IMG/VR virus record: IMGVR_UViG_3300028591_000111
Length of the DNA: 64,000 nucleotides
Source: an uncultured virus (IMG/VR IMGVR_UViG_3300028591_000111)
Lineage: Duplodnaviria > Heunggongvirae > Uroviricota > Caudoviricetes
Reading direction: 5' to 3' (one strand)
The notes under the pieces are model-generated. The model searched no databases, was not told where the DNA came from, and saw nothing but the letters and a program-made list of their open reading frames with translations. Shown in pieces: positions 20,512 to 30,108 of the stretch (its first letter is position 1; every line of letters begins with the position of its first letter). Both the position numbers and the translations under genes were made by a program.

Positions 20512-20883
20512 ATGGAGAATATTATGATTAGAAGAAAACGACATTTTTATGAAGAAAGATCTGAATCAAGAACTGAAAAGAATTTAAAAACAATTATATC
20601 TTTATTGCTTGAAAATAAAGATTTTAAAGCGTTAGCGCAATGTCCAGTAATAGGATGCTTCAAGCTTGCATCTTATATGATTGGACGCATCAAAGATGAT
20701 TTAAACGATGTATCTGATCAAGGATTATCATCAGACACTTATTTGGATATACAAAGTCTTAGGGCTGATTTAAAAAATTGTTTGGATTTTATGACTTCTG
20801 TCAATAGAAGGCATTTTACTATGTCAAATTATAGACAACTTGTAGATGATTTGAAAGATTCTATTTCCCTTTTAGAATCATAA
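20512..20883 (+). CDS. MIRR-leader family protein (probable start 20524)
   Basis: MIRRKRHFYEE; GGAG before 20524. Confidence 0.7.
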   Translation: MENIMIRRKRHFYEERSESRTEKNLKTIISLLLENKDFKALAQCPVIGCFKLASYMIGRIKDDLNDVSDQGLSSDTYLDIQSLRADLKNCLDFMTSVNRRHFTMSNYRQLVDDLKDSISLLES

Positions 20884-20916
20884 ATAATCAATAAATATAA
20901 CAAATTACAAATACTA

Positions 20917-20953
20917 AAAAAGCCTACTGCGTTATTACAGTAGGCTTTTTTTT
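20917..20953. terminator. Bidirectional intrinsic terminator between convergent genes
   Basis: aaaaagcctactg...cagtaggcttttt. Confidence 0.85.
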
Positions 20954-20969
20954 GCGGTTAAAAAAGTTT

Positions 20970-21416
20970 TTATCTTCTTTTATAATTACTACGAATATTA
21001 CGACGTTTTACACTTTCATCATAATCGTCTGACTCGCGACGACCAATAGCTTCTTCAACATCTACTGGATCAAATGCGTTCCAAACATCAGCACCATAAC
21101 CGAAATCTAAATCACCATAAAATCTACCAACTTGTTTCGTTTCGCCATTCAGATTGTTACGGACATAAACATAGCCTCGTTCTTTTTCTACATCATGCAC
21201 AAGAACGACCCTGCCTGCTAACACACGTTCATAATCTCCCCATAAGAAAATGTCACCTGTCCCATTAGCGTGCCATTCAACATCGCAAGAAATTCCATCC
21301 TCTTCAAACGCATCTATAATCTCATTGCAGAAATCTTTTAATTCCTGCACTCCTAAAATATCATTATCGGTAAATGTAGATTCGTTTAACCTTTTGTTTC
21401 TAATTCTTCTAATCAT
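20970..21416 (-). CDS. MIRR-leader family protein
   Basis: MIRRIRNKRLNES; C-terminal ESVKRRNIRSNYKRR. Confidence 0.75.
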   Translation of the reverse strand: MIRRIRNKRLNESTFTDNDILGVQELKDFCNEIIDAFEEDGISCDVEWHANGTGDIFLWGDYERVLAGRVVLVHDVEKERGYVYVRNNLNGETKQVGRFYGDLDFGYGADVWNAFDPVDVEEAIGRRESDDYDESVKRRNIRSNYKRR

Positions 21417-21454
21417 TGTCTTTACCCTCTTTGTTGTTATTGGTTATATAGGAT

Positions 21455-21536
21455 GCGCTCAGTTATAAACACAAAGAGCGCTCAGTTATAAACACAAAGA
21501 GCGCTCAGTTATAAACACAAAGAGCGCTCAGTTATA
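21455..21536 (-). repeat. Perfect 23-bp tandem repeat x3.6 (gcgctcagttataaacacaaaga)
   Basis: Directly visible; lies between TTCTATCTA (21539-21547, -) and the RBS. Confidence 0.95.
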
Positions 21537-21580
21537 TTTAGATAGAATGTCGGTTTTAGTTAATATGATTTATTTAATTA

Positions 21581-22393
21581 TTAAAATGGCATTTCTTCAT
21601 AAGAGTTAATCTTGTCAAGATATTCTCGTAATTCTTTTTGAGCTACTGATTTTTTGAAACCAACGACAGAACCGTCTGATGTTATATCTAAGAAAATATA
21701 ATCACCCCAACCTCTGTCACCAACAGCTAATGCTTCTGGTACATATTCTCCAATTGCCTCATAATAATAATTAGCAGTATATATTTTATATATGCCTTTA
21801 TCTACCATCTTATAGTAACATCCAAAGTCACCATAATGCCAATCTAATATTTTACCAGTTTTTAAATCCAATGTAAGTGAATCTGGTAACTTACGAGCTA
21901 TATCTTGCTGATCACCAAGATAGCTATCTTCATCTAGCGAAAATTCTATTTTTGTAAATATTTCTTTTGGTGTTTTAAAATCTACTCTTTTAATAGATTC
22001 AGAATAACGATGATGTCTTGCTTCTTTTGTAGGTCTTCTAATCATAGTACACTCCTTTTTGTTTTCATTAGCATCTGAAATCAAAACACGATCTAAAACA
22101 TCTCTGCTTGAGAATGAAGCTTTGTTGTTGTCTGCAAACTCGACTGCATTTTTGAAATCATCAATGACTGCTTCCCAGTCTTTATCATCCAATCGAGATG
22201 AAATATTTGAAATTGTATTATCAATTGCATCTAATAATAATTCATTGCCCTCAAGTCTATCATAAAGACGATCTACTTTACGGCTAAACTCATCATCTTT
22301 TTCCGCTGCCTTAATATCTCTTTTTATTTCCTTAATCTCGGCGCTCACTTCTTTGCGTAATGACTGTAATTCTCTTTTGTTTAAACGTTTCAT
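21581..22393 (-). CDS. Hypothetical protein; contains an internal MIRR start at 22045
   Basis: AAGGAG RBS before the internal MIRRPTKEARHHRYSES. Confidence 0.7.
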   Translation of the reverse strand: MKRLNKRELQSLRKEVSAEIKEIKRDIKAAEKDDEFSRKVDRLYDRLEGNELLLDAIDNTISNISSRLDDKDWEAVIDDFKNAVEFADNNKASFSSRDVLDRVLISDANENKKECTMIRRPTKEARHHRYSESIKRVDFKTPKEIFTKIEFSLDEDSYLGDQQDIARKLPDSLTLDLKTGKILDWHYGDFGCYYKMVDKGIYKIYTANYYYEAIGEYVPEALAVGDRGWGDYIFLDITSDGSVVGFKKSVAQKELREYLDKINSYEEMPF

Positions 22394-22527
22394 AAAAACT
22401 CCATTATCATATATTCAGTTATAGGATGCGCTGTCTTACAAAAAAAAACAGCATGAATAAAACATGCTGTTTTTAGTAGATATGAAATAGAATGTCTATA
22501 ATTGTTTAATTATAACAAAAGACAAAA

Positions 22528-22830
22528 CTATAAATATGCTTCTGAATAATCATCTAACCATTCTTTATACTCATTGACATTATGGATAGTCCATTCACTT
22601 GGTCTACTATAAAATGTTGTATGAATAATATGTACATATTTAGGATTAGCAGCTACCTTAAACATACCATCTAAATCATCTTGAAGAAATATTGCTTTTT
22701 TAGATGCTTCTGTTGTTAGTTCCTCATATCTACCTGATTTCCTAAAATGGTCACATAAATCATTATAAATATCTTTTGTTTCAGAATTTAATTCTGATTC
22801 AAATTTTCTGTTTCTAATTCTTCTAATCAT
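22528..22830 (-). CDS. MIRR-leader family protein
   Basis: MIRRIRNRKFES. Confidence 0.75.
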   Translation of the reverse strand: MIRRIRNRKFESELNSETKDIYNDLCDHFRKSGRYEELTTEASKKAIFLQDDLDGMFKVAANPKYVHIIHTTFYSRPSEWTIHNVNEYKEWLDDYSEAYL

Positions 22831-22863
22831 GACACAATCCTTTATGCTAAGTATCTTATAGGA

Positions 22864-22917
22864 TGCGCACGATTATACAAAAAGTGCGCACGATTATACA
22901 AAAAGTGCGCACGATTA
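22864..22917 (-). repeat. Perfect 21-bp tandem repeat x2.6 (tgcgcacgattatacaaaaag)
   Basis: Directly visible upstream of a MIRR gene. Confidence 0.92.
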
Positions 22918-22939
22918 CTAATAGATATATTAGTCGAAA

Positions 22940-23269
22940 TTACAGTAAATAATATAAAGAATTACGACGTAAACGCTTTGCAAATTTTACAAATTCATCG
23001 CTGTCTTTCAGTAAATTGCCTAAAGCATGTAGTGCATAACCTGTATCACCATTTGTTCCATCATAAGCTTCATCGTTCTTGTGTTCTTCTAATTCGTTGG
23101 CTGCTTTCATTATAAGACCAACTATCGTATTAAGCATTTCCATTTCCATTTCAGTAAGCGCGCCATCGACCAAATCAGCCAATACTGGATATTTAGAAAT
23201 CCAATTATAATCGCTTGCTGGTCTTCTGTTTCGTGCTTCAAAACGTCTGCTTCTAATTCTTCTAATCAT
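22940..23269 (-). CDS. MIRR-leader family protein
   Basis: MIRRIRSRRFEA; upstream ggacgcgcca x2 (23303, 23327) and TTTCTATCTA at 23346-23355. Confidence 0.75.
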   Translation of the reverse strand: MIRRIRSRRFEARNRRPASDYNWISKYPVLADLVDGALTEMEMEMLNTIVGLIMKAANELEEHKNDEAYDGTNGDTGYALHALGNLLKDSDEFVKFAKRLRRNSLYYLL

Positions 23270-23360
23270 GACACACTCCTTAAAAGTTTTGGTTATTTAT
23301 TAGGACGCGCCACAAATACGAAACAGGGACGCGCCATAATTGTTATAGATAGAAACCTTC

Positions 23361-23978
23361 CTAAAACAGTGAACGCTCTATATGCGGATTATTATTGTCA
23401 CTCGGTCTATCATTATTCTTGTAATATTTAACCAAGTTCTGAAATACACATCCATCACTTAATCTTTTTTTGAATTCATCGACAACAGCTATATAATAAC
23501 AATTCTTTGGATATTTCGTATCCTCAATTCTCTTTGGCATAATATCCATCTCTTTAGAGATTTTCGTCAATATCTTGCCACACTGCGAATAAAAATTATT
23601 GTCACGTCTTTTTATAAAAAATTCGTCATACCAATCAATCGCCGTCACTTGTTTCCAATTGCTGCCAAATCCAATCTCATCTTTCAGTTTGTCGTTTTCT
23701 GTGACAAGCTCCGTATTTGTATCTGTGAGTGTCTTATTCTCAGCAGTCAGACGTTTGCACTCTTTTGATTTCTGACTTGCTGTATTCATCGCTGTCGCTT
23801 CACGCTTGCTGCCAATCCATGATTTCGTTACAATCGCATAATCACGTTGTGATATTGCCAACACCTTTTGCTCTGCCTCGAATTTAGCCTGCAATTCTGC
23901 GTTACGTTGTGCCTCATACATATCTGCACATGCACGCGCCGCAGCTATTGGATCGTTAAAGTTAGGCATTACTATCAT
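23361..23978 (-). CDS. Phage antirepressor-like C-terminal region (probably N-terminally truncated)
   Basis: PNFNDPIAAARACADMYE and coiled coil typical of Rha/KilA/Bro antirepressor tails. Confidence 0.55.
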   Translation of the reverse strand: MIVMPNFNDPIAAARACADMYEAQRNAELQAKFEAEQKVLAISQRDYAIVTKSWIGSKREATAMNTASQKSKECKRLTAENKTLTDTNTELVTENDKLKDEIGFGSNWKQVTAIDWYDEFFIKRRDNNFYSQCGKILTKISKEMDIMPKRIEDTKYPKNCYYIAVVDEFKKRLSDGCVFQNLVKYYKNNDRPSDNNNPHIERSLF

Positions 23979-24104
23979 GTTGTTTCCAATGTATGGTTTA
24001 ATCTCAGTAGAATTGCTTGTTTTTGTTTATGCTTTAATTAAAACACAGTTAAACGCCTAAGAAAAAGCTATAACCGCTAGAAGTATGGAAAATGTATACA
24101 GTTT

Positions 24105-25127
24105 TCAGTAACAATCTCCAAAAACATCAATATAATCAAAATAAGAATAATATTTATTGTTTATGCTATCCAATTTCAAATCTATAATTTCGTTAAACTC
24201 TAAACATTCATAATTAGCACAATATCTGCTATAATCACTTATACATTCTATGCTTGCAATTTCCATTTTCTGTTTAATCTTATCTTCAATAGATTTGTTT
24301 GTTACTGAATTCTTTTGGTGAATATAACTTCTATAACCATCTTTCTCACAGTATGTGCAAAATCTAATACCGTCAATAAAAGATCTAATTGCGCGAGTGA
24401 ATATATTACCGCATTTTAAACATCTAAGTACAACAAGTGTTCTTCTGCCTTTAACAGATATAGCAGACTCTGTTCCTATAACACTACAATTACCATAAAC
24501 AGAACCAATTCTTATTTTCTGAATAAGCTTATCTCTACTATAAGAAATAAATTGATTTCCGTTTATTATTTCTTGTGTAGTCTTTCCTTTGTTTAATTTT
24601 ATTAAACTACTAACTTTATATCTTTTTTGATATTCGGATAATTTATTAGAAACATAAACATTATTAACAACTTCATCAATAGTAGATGTTTTGACTATTT
24701 GTTTAAAGCACACGTTTCCTGCAACAAATCGAAGACTTCCATCTTTTGTACATATGTGGTATTCAAATCTATCATCCGTCATATCCATATCAGAGGCATC
24801 CATAAATTTCATTATCTTTTTTGCTCTATCACAAACAAAATCCTCATTCCCTTTATAATATAATTTTAGTTTGCTTAATGCCACTGTTAGTTTTTCATAT
24901 TCTTTAGACATTGTTATAAACTTGTTTGTTCCACTATAACATATACAACTATTTAATTTACCATGTCTAAATTGTTTCAGCAGGTGATTGTAATTTTTTT
25001 CAATCACTTCCCCACATTCATTGCATTTTAACTTTATTGTTGCATCATTAATTCTGGATGTAGGTTTGTTTGTTTCAACAACACTATAAACTCCATAAAC
25101 ATCACCAACTTTGATCTTTTCTGACAT
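24105..25127 (-). CDS. Zinc-ribbon repeat protein (homing-endonuclease-like DNA-binding modules)
   Basis: Two K.GxxYG..xV...LxCxxCG modules. Confidence 0.55.
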   Translation of the reverse strand: MSEKIKVGDVYGVYSVVETNKPTSRINDATIKLKCNECGEVIEKNYNHLLKQFRHGKLNSCICYSGTNKFITMSKEYEKLTVALSKLKLYYKGNEDFVCDRAKKIMKFMDASDMDMTDDRFEYHICTKDGSLRFVAGNVCFKQIVKTSTIDEVVNNVYVSNKLSEYQKRYKVSSLIKLNKGKTTQEIINGNQFISYSRDKLIQKIRIGSVYGNCSVIGTESAISVKGRRTLVVLRCLKCGNIFTRAIRSFIDGIRFCTYCEKDGYRSYIHQKNSVTNKSIEDKIKQKMEIASIECISDYSRYCANYECLEFNEIIDLKLDSINNKYYSYFDYIDVFGDCY

Positions 25128-25140
25128 AATTGCTACCTAC

Positions 25141-25420
25141 AAAAAAAACAGTGTAATGTATAAAAGTATATATGATAATATACAACTTAATATACATTAC
25201 ACTGTCGTCCAACCACCCAACTGCGCAAGCTATTTCGCTTTGTTCGCAACGCCTAGCACAATCCTTTGCATCACCAGTTTTGACCTTCATCTGAAGGTTA
25301 GTGTGATTAATTAATCACACTTGAGATTTATTGAATATTGACTGTATTCTCAATCTCGATGTTAAAAGAATTTGCTAGTGCATGAACGATAGGTTCTTAT
25401 GTCACTATCTTCATGCACAA
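25141..25420 (-). ncRNA. Candidate structured sRNA or leader
   Basis: TTGACA (-) at about 25446-25451, several long hairpins, terminator stem cagtgtaatgtata...tatacattacactg + U-tract. Confidence 0.4.
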
Positions 25421-25595
25421 CATATATATTTCTAAATTAAAATCTTGTCAATTAGTTTGTTAAAAACAAATGAATAGGAATTCTCAGACATTAATATCTT
25501 TGGTGTTGATTTTAGCTAACAATTATAGTAGCTTTTTTTTGCATGTGTTCTAATTTTGAATGCAACATGACTTTGAATAAGAAGGATTCAAAAAA

Positions 25596-26579
25596 ATGCA
25601 AACATCCAAAAAAACGAAAAAGAAACAATCTGCGTCAGACAGATATTGGGAGCTGTTCGCCTGTTTTTGCTTTGCCGAAAATCAATCTGGAACATACACC
25701 GAGCTTATTGATAGAGTAAACTTTTACAATCAAACGCAGATGTTTGTAAAAAAAATCCCGATATCTGCAACGCCTGATAATGCTTGTTTGTTACGTTACG
25801 CAAGAAATCTGTTTTTTGGTATCCCTAAAGAAATTCCTTCAACACAATACGATTATCTCTATTTTCTTGTATGCAGACTTTCTTTGTTTGAAAACTGGCT
25901 TCAAGACAACTTTAAATTTTATCATTTGGATTCAAACATTGATTACATTGTATCTATTATGAAACCTTTTATACCATCGAGATTTAAGGAATTAAATCCT
26001 GAAATGAATGTGATTGAAGAACAAGGCATGTTAGCTTTGGGTATCGCAGGGTTTAAAGGTGATCTTTATCAAGAAGCTATTGATAAGATTGATTCATGGA
26101 GAAAGTCGAATCCAAGCAACGAAGAGATAATTTGTAAACTTCATTGTTTTCTTGACGCAGATTTTACACCAATATTTAAGACTGATGATATAAAGGATAA
26201 ATCAACAGAATCTTTAATACAGGCTGTGTACAAATTAAAAGAACAAGGAAACTATGATTTCACATGGCAGGGTAAAGATATTTCAAAAATGCGTGTTGAT
26301 ATACCTGAAAGTGGAACTTTGATCCCAGATAAAGAAGATTCAAAAGATTGGGATACAACAAAAAACCTGTATATTGAAGGTGACAATTTAAGAGCATTAA
26401 AATTACTTATGCCCGCGTATAAAGGAAAAATAAAAATGATCTACATCGACCCACCATATAACACTGGACACAAATTTTGCTATAAGGATGATTTTAAGCA
26501 AGAAACGGAAATCTTTGATAGATTCTTGTTTAATCAAATACCAATAGCTCCAATTGATAGTCAATTGAAACGAATATAA
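25596..26579 (+). CDS. Unknown N-terminal domain fused to a truncated type III R-M Mod (methyltransferase) fragment
   Basis: NLYIEGDNLRALKLL...KIKMIYIDPPYNTG; ends before the SAM-binding FxGxG motif. Confidence 0.7.
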   Translation: MQTSKKTKKKQSASDRYWELFACFCFAENQSGTYTELIDRVNFYNQTQMFVKKIPISATPDNACLLRYARNLFFGIPKEIPSTQYDYLYFLVCRLSLFENWLQDNFKFYHLDSNIDYIVSIMKPFIPSRFKELNPEMNVIEEQGMLALGIAGFKGDLYQEAIDKIDSWRKSNPSNEEIICKLHCFLDADFTPIFKTDDIKDKSTESLIQAVYKLKEQGNYDFTWQGKDISKMRVDIPESGTLIPDKEDSKDWDTTKNLYIEGDNLRALKLLMPAYKGKIKMIYIDPPYNTGHKFCYKDDFKQETEIFDRFLFNQIPIAPIDSQLKRI

Positions 26580-26589
26580 TCAATCCATT

Positions 26590-28435
26590 GCTGGCTATCA
26601 TTTGATGGCGCGCTCGAACAAAAATCAACTGCAATTGCATTCACACTTCAAAGCGGCGACGAACGACATAAAGCACTCTGTCACAGCCGAATAAAACAAA
26701 CACACAGCAGGAACAAACACGGACGCAATGCAGTCACTCTATTATCACAGCGCCGCAATCATAACCAAGTCATCCGTCATCGGCTATCATCTAGCATCAT
26801 CCCGATAAACGAAACTTGTCCATTAAAACTTGCTACACCACGATAAACAGAACTTTATAATTGAATGTCAAAGTAAAATTGACATTTGCATAACTTGGAA
26901 ATTGACCAACACTAAACCAATGTCAAAATCCAATTGACAACTTATGCAAAACGGAAACAAACAACTAAATCCAATTTACAAGTTTCGCTTTTCGCAGACA
27001 CAGCTATTGCAACCACCAACTAACAACTTCTGCTTTTTGACCTGCAAAAAGGTAAACGCGTCGCTAGGGTGCTGCTCAAACATTCTGAGCTTCGCGAAGA
27101 TAAACTTATTAGGTATGCTTCGCCAGCACTCAAAATACCTAGGTTTTATCTAGGTTTTATTCAAGCGACAATCACCAGAAATTGTGAAATTTTTGGCAAT
27201 CATCTATGTGAATGTGCAACGTTATCTGCCAGACTGTCCAGCAAGCTTTTCAATCCGACAAGCCAACAGCATCAGCTATCAGCAATAACGAAAACAAACA
27301 ATAACAAGATAGCAACAACAAAGACTTTCCATAACATGTGCATCTCCGTACAAGCGGCGCGCCATAAATCAAACAACTTTATCTTACCTGCAATGCCATT
27401 CAGACCAGCGATCTTCTAGGCGGACAATCTCAAGTTATCCATCATCACTACAATCAACGCAGCGAATCATCAAACGATAATAACGTTTCGTAGTGACGCT
27501 TCGTACACTCAAGTTCGTCGGCTTCGTACATCGTCAAGCTGCATCATCATAACACATACGCAAATACCTCAATACAAATATTACTGCCAGTCAAATCAAA
27601 AGAATCAATGACCATCATTCAAACATCATTGTCCAAGACAGCCCGTTTCCTATTATCTTCTTTATAGTCAACTACCCACCGCCTAAAGGCTGGTGGGCTT
27701 GTAACTGATCAGTAGTGTATGCGAATGTTTAATTCTTCTACCTTTTATCGCTCTGCGGCTTTGCTGCGAGGCGTACCGTTACATCGTGGGGTGATTGACT
27801 GCACCCCGTAGGCTTAAAATATATTTAAGACCCACTTAAACAGAGTTCTTGGTGTTTAAGTTCAGAGAGTGCCTTCAGTCCAAGTACCTAACGGTTTTCT
27901 CTCAAAACTTCAAATACCAAATATCACTTTACAAAGCAAGCAAGATTTTTAGTTGGCTCGCTTACCAACGGGCTAAAGCCCGTGGGCTTCCGCTCGCCTT
28001 ATAATGAACTTAATCATAACCGAAAACTAAAAGCTCAATAGAACTTCTCTACTTTAAGATTTAATCTAAAAGCGTTATCGGTACGGCTAACACTAAATAA
28101 AAGTGTTAGCCAAATATTCTCAATTTATATTGAGAACCCCAATTACGAATGAGGTTAAAACGATTAATTTATCACAACCCTATTCAGGAATCGCATTCGT
28201 CTTGCATAACTCTGCATAACACAAAGCATAGTGTTTATTTTGTGGGGTAGCAGGCTCACTCATGGGGTACAACCTGATTGCCGATAGTCCACTAGCTAAA
28301 CACAACAATTCAATCCAAACGAAAGCATTAACGCTTTTAATCGTCATGGCTGAATCTGCCATCACTCTCTCATATTAACTTGTCAACGTTTGAGAATTAC
28401 ACCGACCTTGCGGGCAGCGTAACCACTCATGTTAT
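26590..28435 (-). ncRNA. Candidate giant structured ncRNA, copy B (about 1.5 kb without the inserted element)
   Basis: Colinear blocks shared with copy A; TTTCTATCTA at 28441-28450 (-). Confidence 0.62.
27667..28003 (-). mobile_element. Non-autonomous IS200/IS605-derived element (about 337 bp, no ORF)
   Basis: Subterminal hairpins AAGCCCAC..GCTTTAG..GTGGG at both ends; right end GTAGTTGAC; left end resembles 30109-30160. Confidence 0.8.
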
Positions 28436-28628
28436 CTTTATAGATAGAAAGTCGATTTTTATGTTTATGAACTTAATCATAAGCAAAACAATCTCTTATG
28501 CTATTATATATATAACAACTAATTTTATGCAATCTTTTCATTTGATTTTTATCATTATTGATAGTAATTTTTTTTATGAGTTGTTATAACTCTAACACTA
28601 ACAAACAGATTATTAAGGAGCTTCTTAA

Positions 28629-29219
28629 ATGAACATTAAACCAATCGAAACAATATACAAAGGTTACAGATTTCGTTCAAGACTTGAAGCAAGATGGGCT
28701 GTTCTATTAGATGCTATCAACGCACAGTGGGAATATGAACCTGAAGGATTTGACCTCGGCAACGGTATAAAATATCTTCCTGATTTCCGTGTCAACAATG
28801 TATATATAAAATATCCAGAAGGAAATCCTATAACTCTATATATTGAAGTAAAAGGCATTTTAACAGAAGAAGATGAAATAAAAATTAACAAATTCGCTTC
28901 ATGTTTTCAAAATGATGCGTTTTGCTGTTATACCCCTGAAAATCCAATTTTAATTGTAGGTGAAATTCCTAAAGGTGATGATACTTATGCTCTCATTTGT
29001 GATTCAAGATGTAAATATCCAATGGAAAAATTAAACTCTATGTTTTTCAATTTCGATCTAGTCGATGGAAATTCATATAGTGCTATGTTGGGTATTAGCA
29101 AGACAGGTGATACTATCGTTTATGGATCAGACCAAACAGAATATGTTGATGATGAAAAAACAATAAAAGCCTATAACAAAGCAAGACAAGCAAGGTTTGA
29201 ACATGGTGAAAAACCATAA
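28629..29219 (+). CDS. Phage PD-(D/E)XK-type nuclease-like protein
   Basis: FRSRLEARWA...WEYEPEGF...YLPDF...IEVKG. Confidence 0.75.
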   Translation: MNIKPIETIYKGYRFRSRLEARWAVLLDAINAQWEYEPEGFDLGNGIKYLPDFRVNNVYIKYPEGNPITLYIEVKGILTEEDEIKINKFASCFQNDAFCCYTPENPILIVGEIPKGDDTYALICDSRCKYPMEKLNSMFFNFDLVDGNSYSAMLGISKTGDTIVYGSDQTEYVDDEKTIKAYNKARQARFEHGEKP

Positions 29220-29505
29220 TAAAAAGGTTACACCGAGTATGTACGTTGGGAAACAGTGAATAAATACCTGTCAGATTTATCTTTCCCAACTAGCTGGGAA
29301 AATCAAAATCCGCATGATTGCTATATTCCAGAAAACATATGATTAACTCGGTGGCTTTCGTTTTATGCTGCAAATAAAAATCCGAAATGCAGAACTTCTT
29401 AATTGGATGTCAAAACAAAATTGACAATAAACAGAACTTCATAATTGAAACTAACAACCAAACAATAAAACACCATTATTAAAACAACACACTGCCAGCA
29501 AAAAA

Positions 29506-29895
29506 TCATCGTACTAAACTGACAACAACGACATCCATATAACACATTTTCTCAACCACTGAATCAACAACCTTGATCGTCGTCTCGCACGCGCCTATCA
29601 CAGATACATTGCATTCAACGCGATCTTTCGCCGACAACAGCCTGCCAGAAAACACTTCAAGATCTTTGCGCTCAACACACTTCACACTCATGCAAACATC
29701 GTCGTCCAGACCAAAATAATCCACAACAAATTTGTACGCATCCAGCTTGCCTACACGCTCCATTCTGCATCTAATGCCACTTATATCCACGCCGCTATCC
29801 AGTATCATGTTTCGATAATAATCATCGAAACCATAACACAGATCAAAAAAGATGTATGGCTTTTTGTAATGATCTATATTCATAATAATCAACAC
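29506..29895 (-). CDS. Hypothetical protein
   Basis: ORF 129 aa. Confidence 0.45.
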   Translation of the reverse strand: MLIIMNIDHYKKPYIFFDLCYGFDDYYRNMILDSGVDISGIRCRMERVGKLDAYKFVVDYFGLDDDVCMSVKCVERKDLEVFSGRLLSAKDRVECNVSVIGACETTIKVVDSVVEKMCYMDVVVVSLVR

Positions 29896-30108
29896 ACAAA
29901 TATATATTTTTATTTATAGCAAAATTATAATCTATACAACAATTAGATAATATAATTGCATTACTCACACCAATGAAATATAATAGCGCCATAGCTGCAT
30001 GGCAGCTACACACTATCATAAACATTAACGATAACGGTAACGATAATAACAACCAATATATATCATTATAAAAAAAATGAAAAAGCTATTAAAGAAAATA
30101 GATTTGAC

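Noticed and set aside
15512..27419. Short ORFs 15512..15751, 15748..16002, 26944..27153 and 27069..27419
   Set aside because: No RBS or recognisable motifs, and not conserved as protein between the two paralogous loci; they are antisense to the candidate RNA
27667..27710. IscB/HEARO element starting GTCAACTACCCACC on the plus strand
   Set aside because: No iscB ORF follows; the other end matches the left end of the TnpB element at 30109, so a minus-strand TnpB-type derivative fits better
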